Positions 62,753-64,000 of a DNA stretch of 64,000 nucleotides are shown here, in pieces (positions within the stretch are counted from its first letter, which is position 1; the number at the start of each line of letters is the position of its first letter). Position numbers and translations under genes: made by a program. The notes under the pieces are model-generated. The model made no database searches. It saw nothing but the letters and a program-made list of their open reading frames with translations, and was not told the origin of the DNA. The DNA comes from Microbotryum violaceum (lineage: Eukaryota), in assembly GCA_001244265.2 (NCBI GenBank), contig CDLV01000013.1, forward strand, positions 186,001 to 250,000. Reading direction: 5' to 3'.

Positions 62753-63815
62753 ATGAACCAGTATTTGAACACGTCCATGTGCCGCCATCCCCTACGGACG
62801 AACCTGTTCACTCGTAGCAGTTCTCTGAAAAAGCTCTCCATATTTCAACCACTGCAAGACAAGCCCACCTTGTCATTCCAACAGGCGACCACCCTTAAGT
62901 CTTGGGAATCTTCGGATGACTTCCTGCTCTCAAAGCTGTGTGGCCACACCTCGATCCATTCCCAGAGTCGGTCTCGTCGGTTTCTGTGTCGAGCGCGACA
63001 TCAAGATTTCTCTGGACGACGAGCAAGTCAAAAATTGGCTCAATCTATACAAAAGCAGTTTTCGATGCGACCCGTCTTCCCCATTCATCGTCTCGAACAT
63101 GCTCCGTCGGCGACGAGAAGACTGTTTCGCCAACTCGCTTTTCGGGTTCCCAAAGAGAAGCTGAGGTGGCTCGGATCGCAGCAGCACTGCTCGAAAATGG
63201 ATGTTTTGGCAGAATTGACCCCCAAAAAATCAAGGGCACGAAAAGGTACAGGGCAACAGCAGAAGCAGAAGCAGAGAAGGATATCGACCGTATTCTGGCA
63301 TTCGTCCAAGCACGCACGTACTTCAACCAGGCGAGACTCGCTCAACACGCTCGCTTTCACTCTTTCAGTTTGTGCAGTGCCGCCGCATCGGATCCGAATA
63401 CATGGCCAGGAACAAGGCCTTCTTCACGCAAGTCACGCATACAATCAACTAAATTCTCGTATGGGTAAGCTGATCTGACAATCCTACGGCATGGTCATCA
63501 TTGCAGCCTCGTCCCGCCGGGCCCCTTTTCTCACCGACCGTCCACCGTTGCCCGGAGAAAAAGCTATCACCGGTCAAGAGGTCCATTACCGACGCCGATC
63601 TTGACATTGACCATGCCCCTCCCAGTAACCATAAGTGGCTCCCTGAAGTCTCGCTCTCTCAACGTCAACTGAAACCAATTCTTATAGCCAACAAGTTCGG
63701 TGAACGTCCGATGTGGGTCCCCGGCGCTGACGACCACATGCAAACACTGCAAAAAGTCGTCCAGACACGGACTGTGACTCTGGTGCTGCATGCCCGATCC
63801 ATGGCACGTTCTTAG
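62753..63815 (+). other. Fragmented overlapping ORFs; possible degenerate gene or element
   Basis: Three overlapping + ORFs and a GTAAG...CAG intron-like segment (63465-63506), but no coherent frame or recognisable domain. Confidence 0.2.
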
Positions 63816-64000
63816 TAATACTAGCTGACGTTGTCAGTCGGTGTTACTCCGTCAAAGGTTCAGGAACCTGTCTTCCCCTCCGGGGGCGCTTTAATAGCCT
63901 GTACTACCTGATGGCGAGAGATGAGAATAATGGGATACCAACGAGGAAATAGTTTGAGAGTGATTCGAGCAAGGGGGGCTTAGGGGCGCAATGGTCCGCC

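Noticed and set aside
1-64000. CRISPR arrays, rRNA, tRNA or intact transposase/RT genes
   Set aside because: None recognised by eye. Intron-containing tRNAs or snoRNAs could be missed without tRNAscan-SE or Infernal.

Overview
This is intron-rich fungal genomic DNA, most likely a basidiomycete of Pucciniomycotina/Microbotryomycetes type (inferred from short GT-AG introns with CTRAC-like branch points, microexons and gene content). About 18 protein-coding genes can be reconstructed by joining ORF fragments across introns. They encode a ricin-B/CBM13-like protein, SLC26 sulfate permease, an unknown multi-pass membrane protein, ICP55, TAD2, an RGS-LOV-PAS/DUF photoreceptor, complex I subunit NDUFB4, V-ATPase subunit f, a promethin-like protein, chitin synthase, an mS34-like protein, an RNF126-like E3 ligase, ACADSB, an APC permease, a bHLH factor, a CNH-like protein, a DENN protein and an OSCA/TMEM63 channel. 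Three things stand out. (1) A complete TPP riboswitch with a branched P3 lies in the ~920-nt first intron of the APC permease, implying thiamine-controlled splicing of a Thi9-like transporter. (2) The RGS-LOV protein resembles BcLOV4 and has a candidate basic amphipathic helix. (3) A chimeric pseudogene just upstream of it fuses a frameshifted POL3 fragment to a degenerate copy of RGS-LOV exon 2. Gene boundaries are manual and approximate, and no database searches were run.
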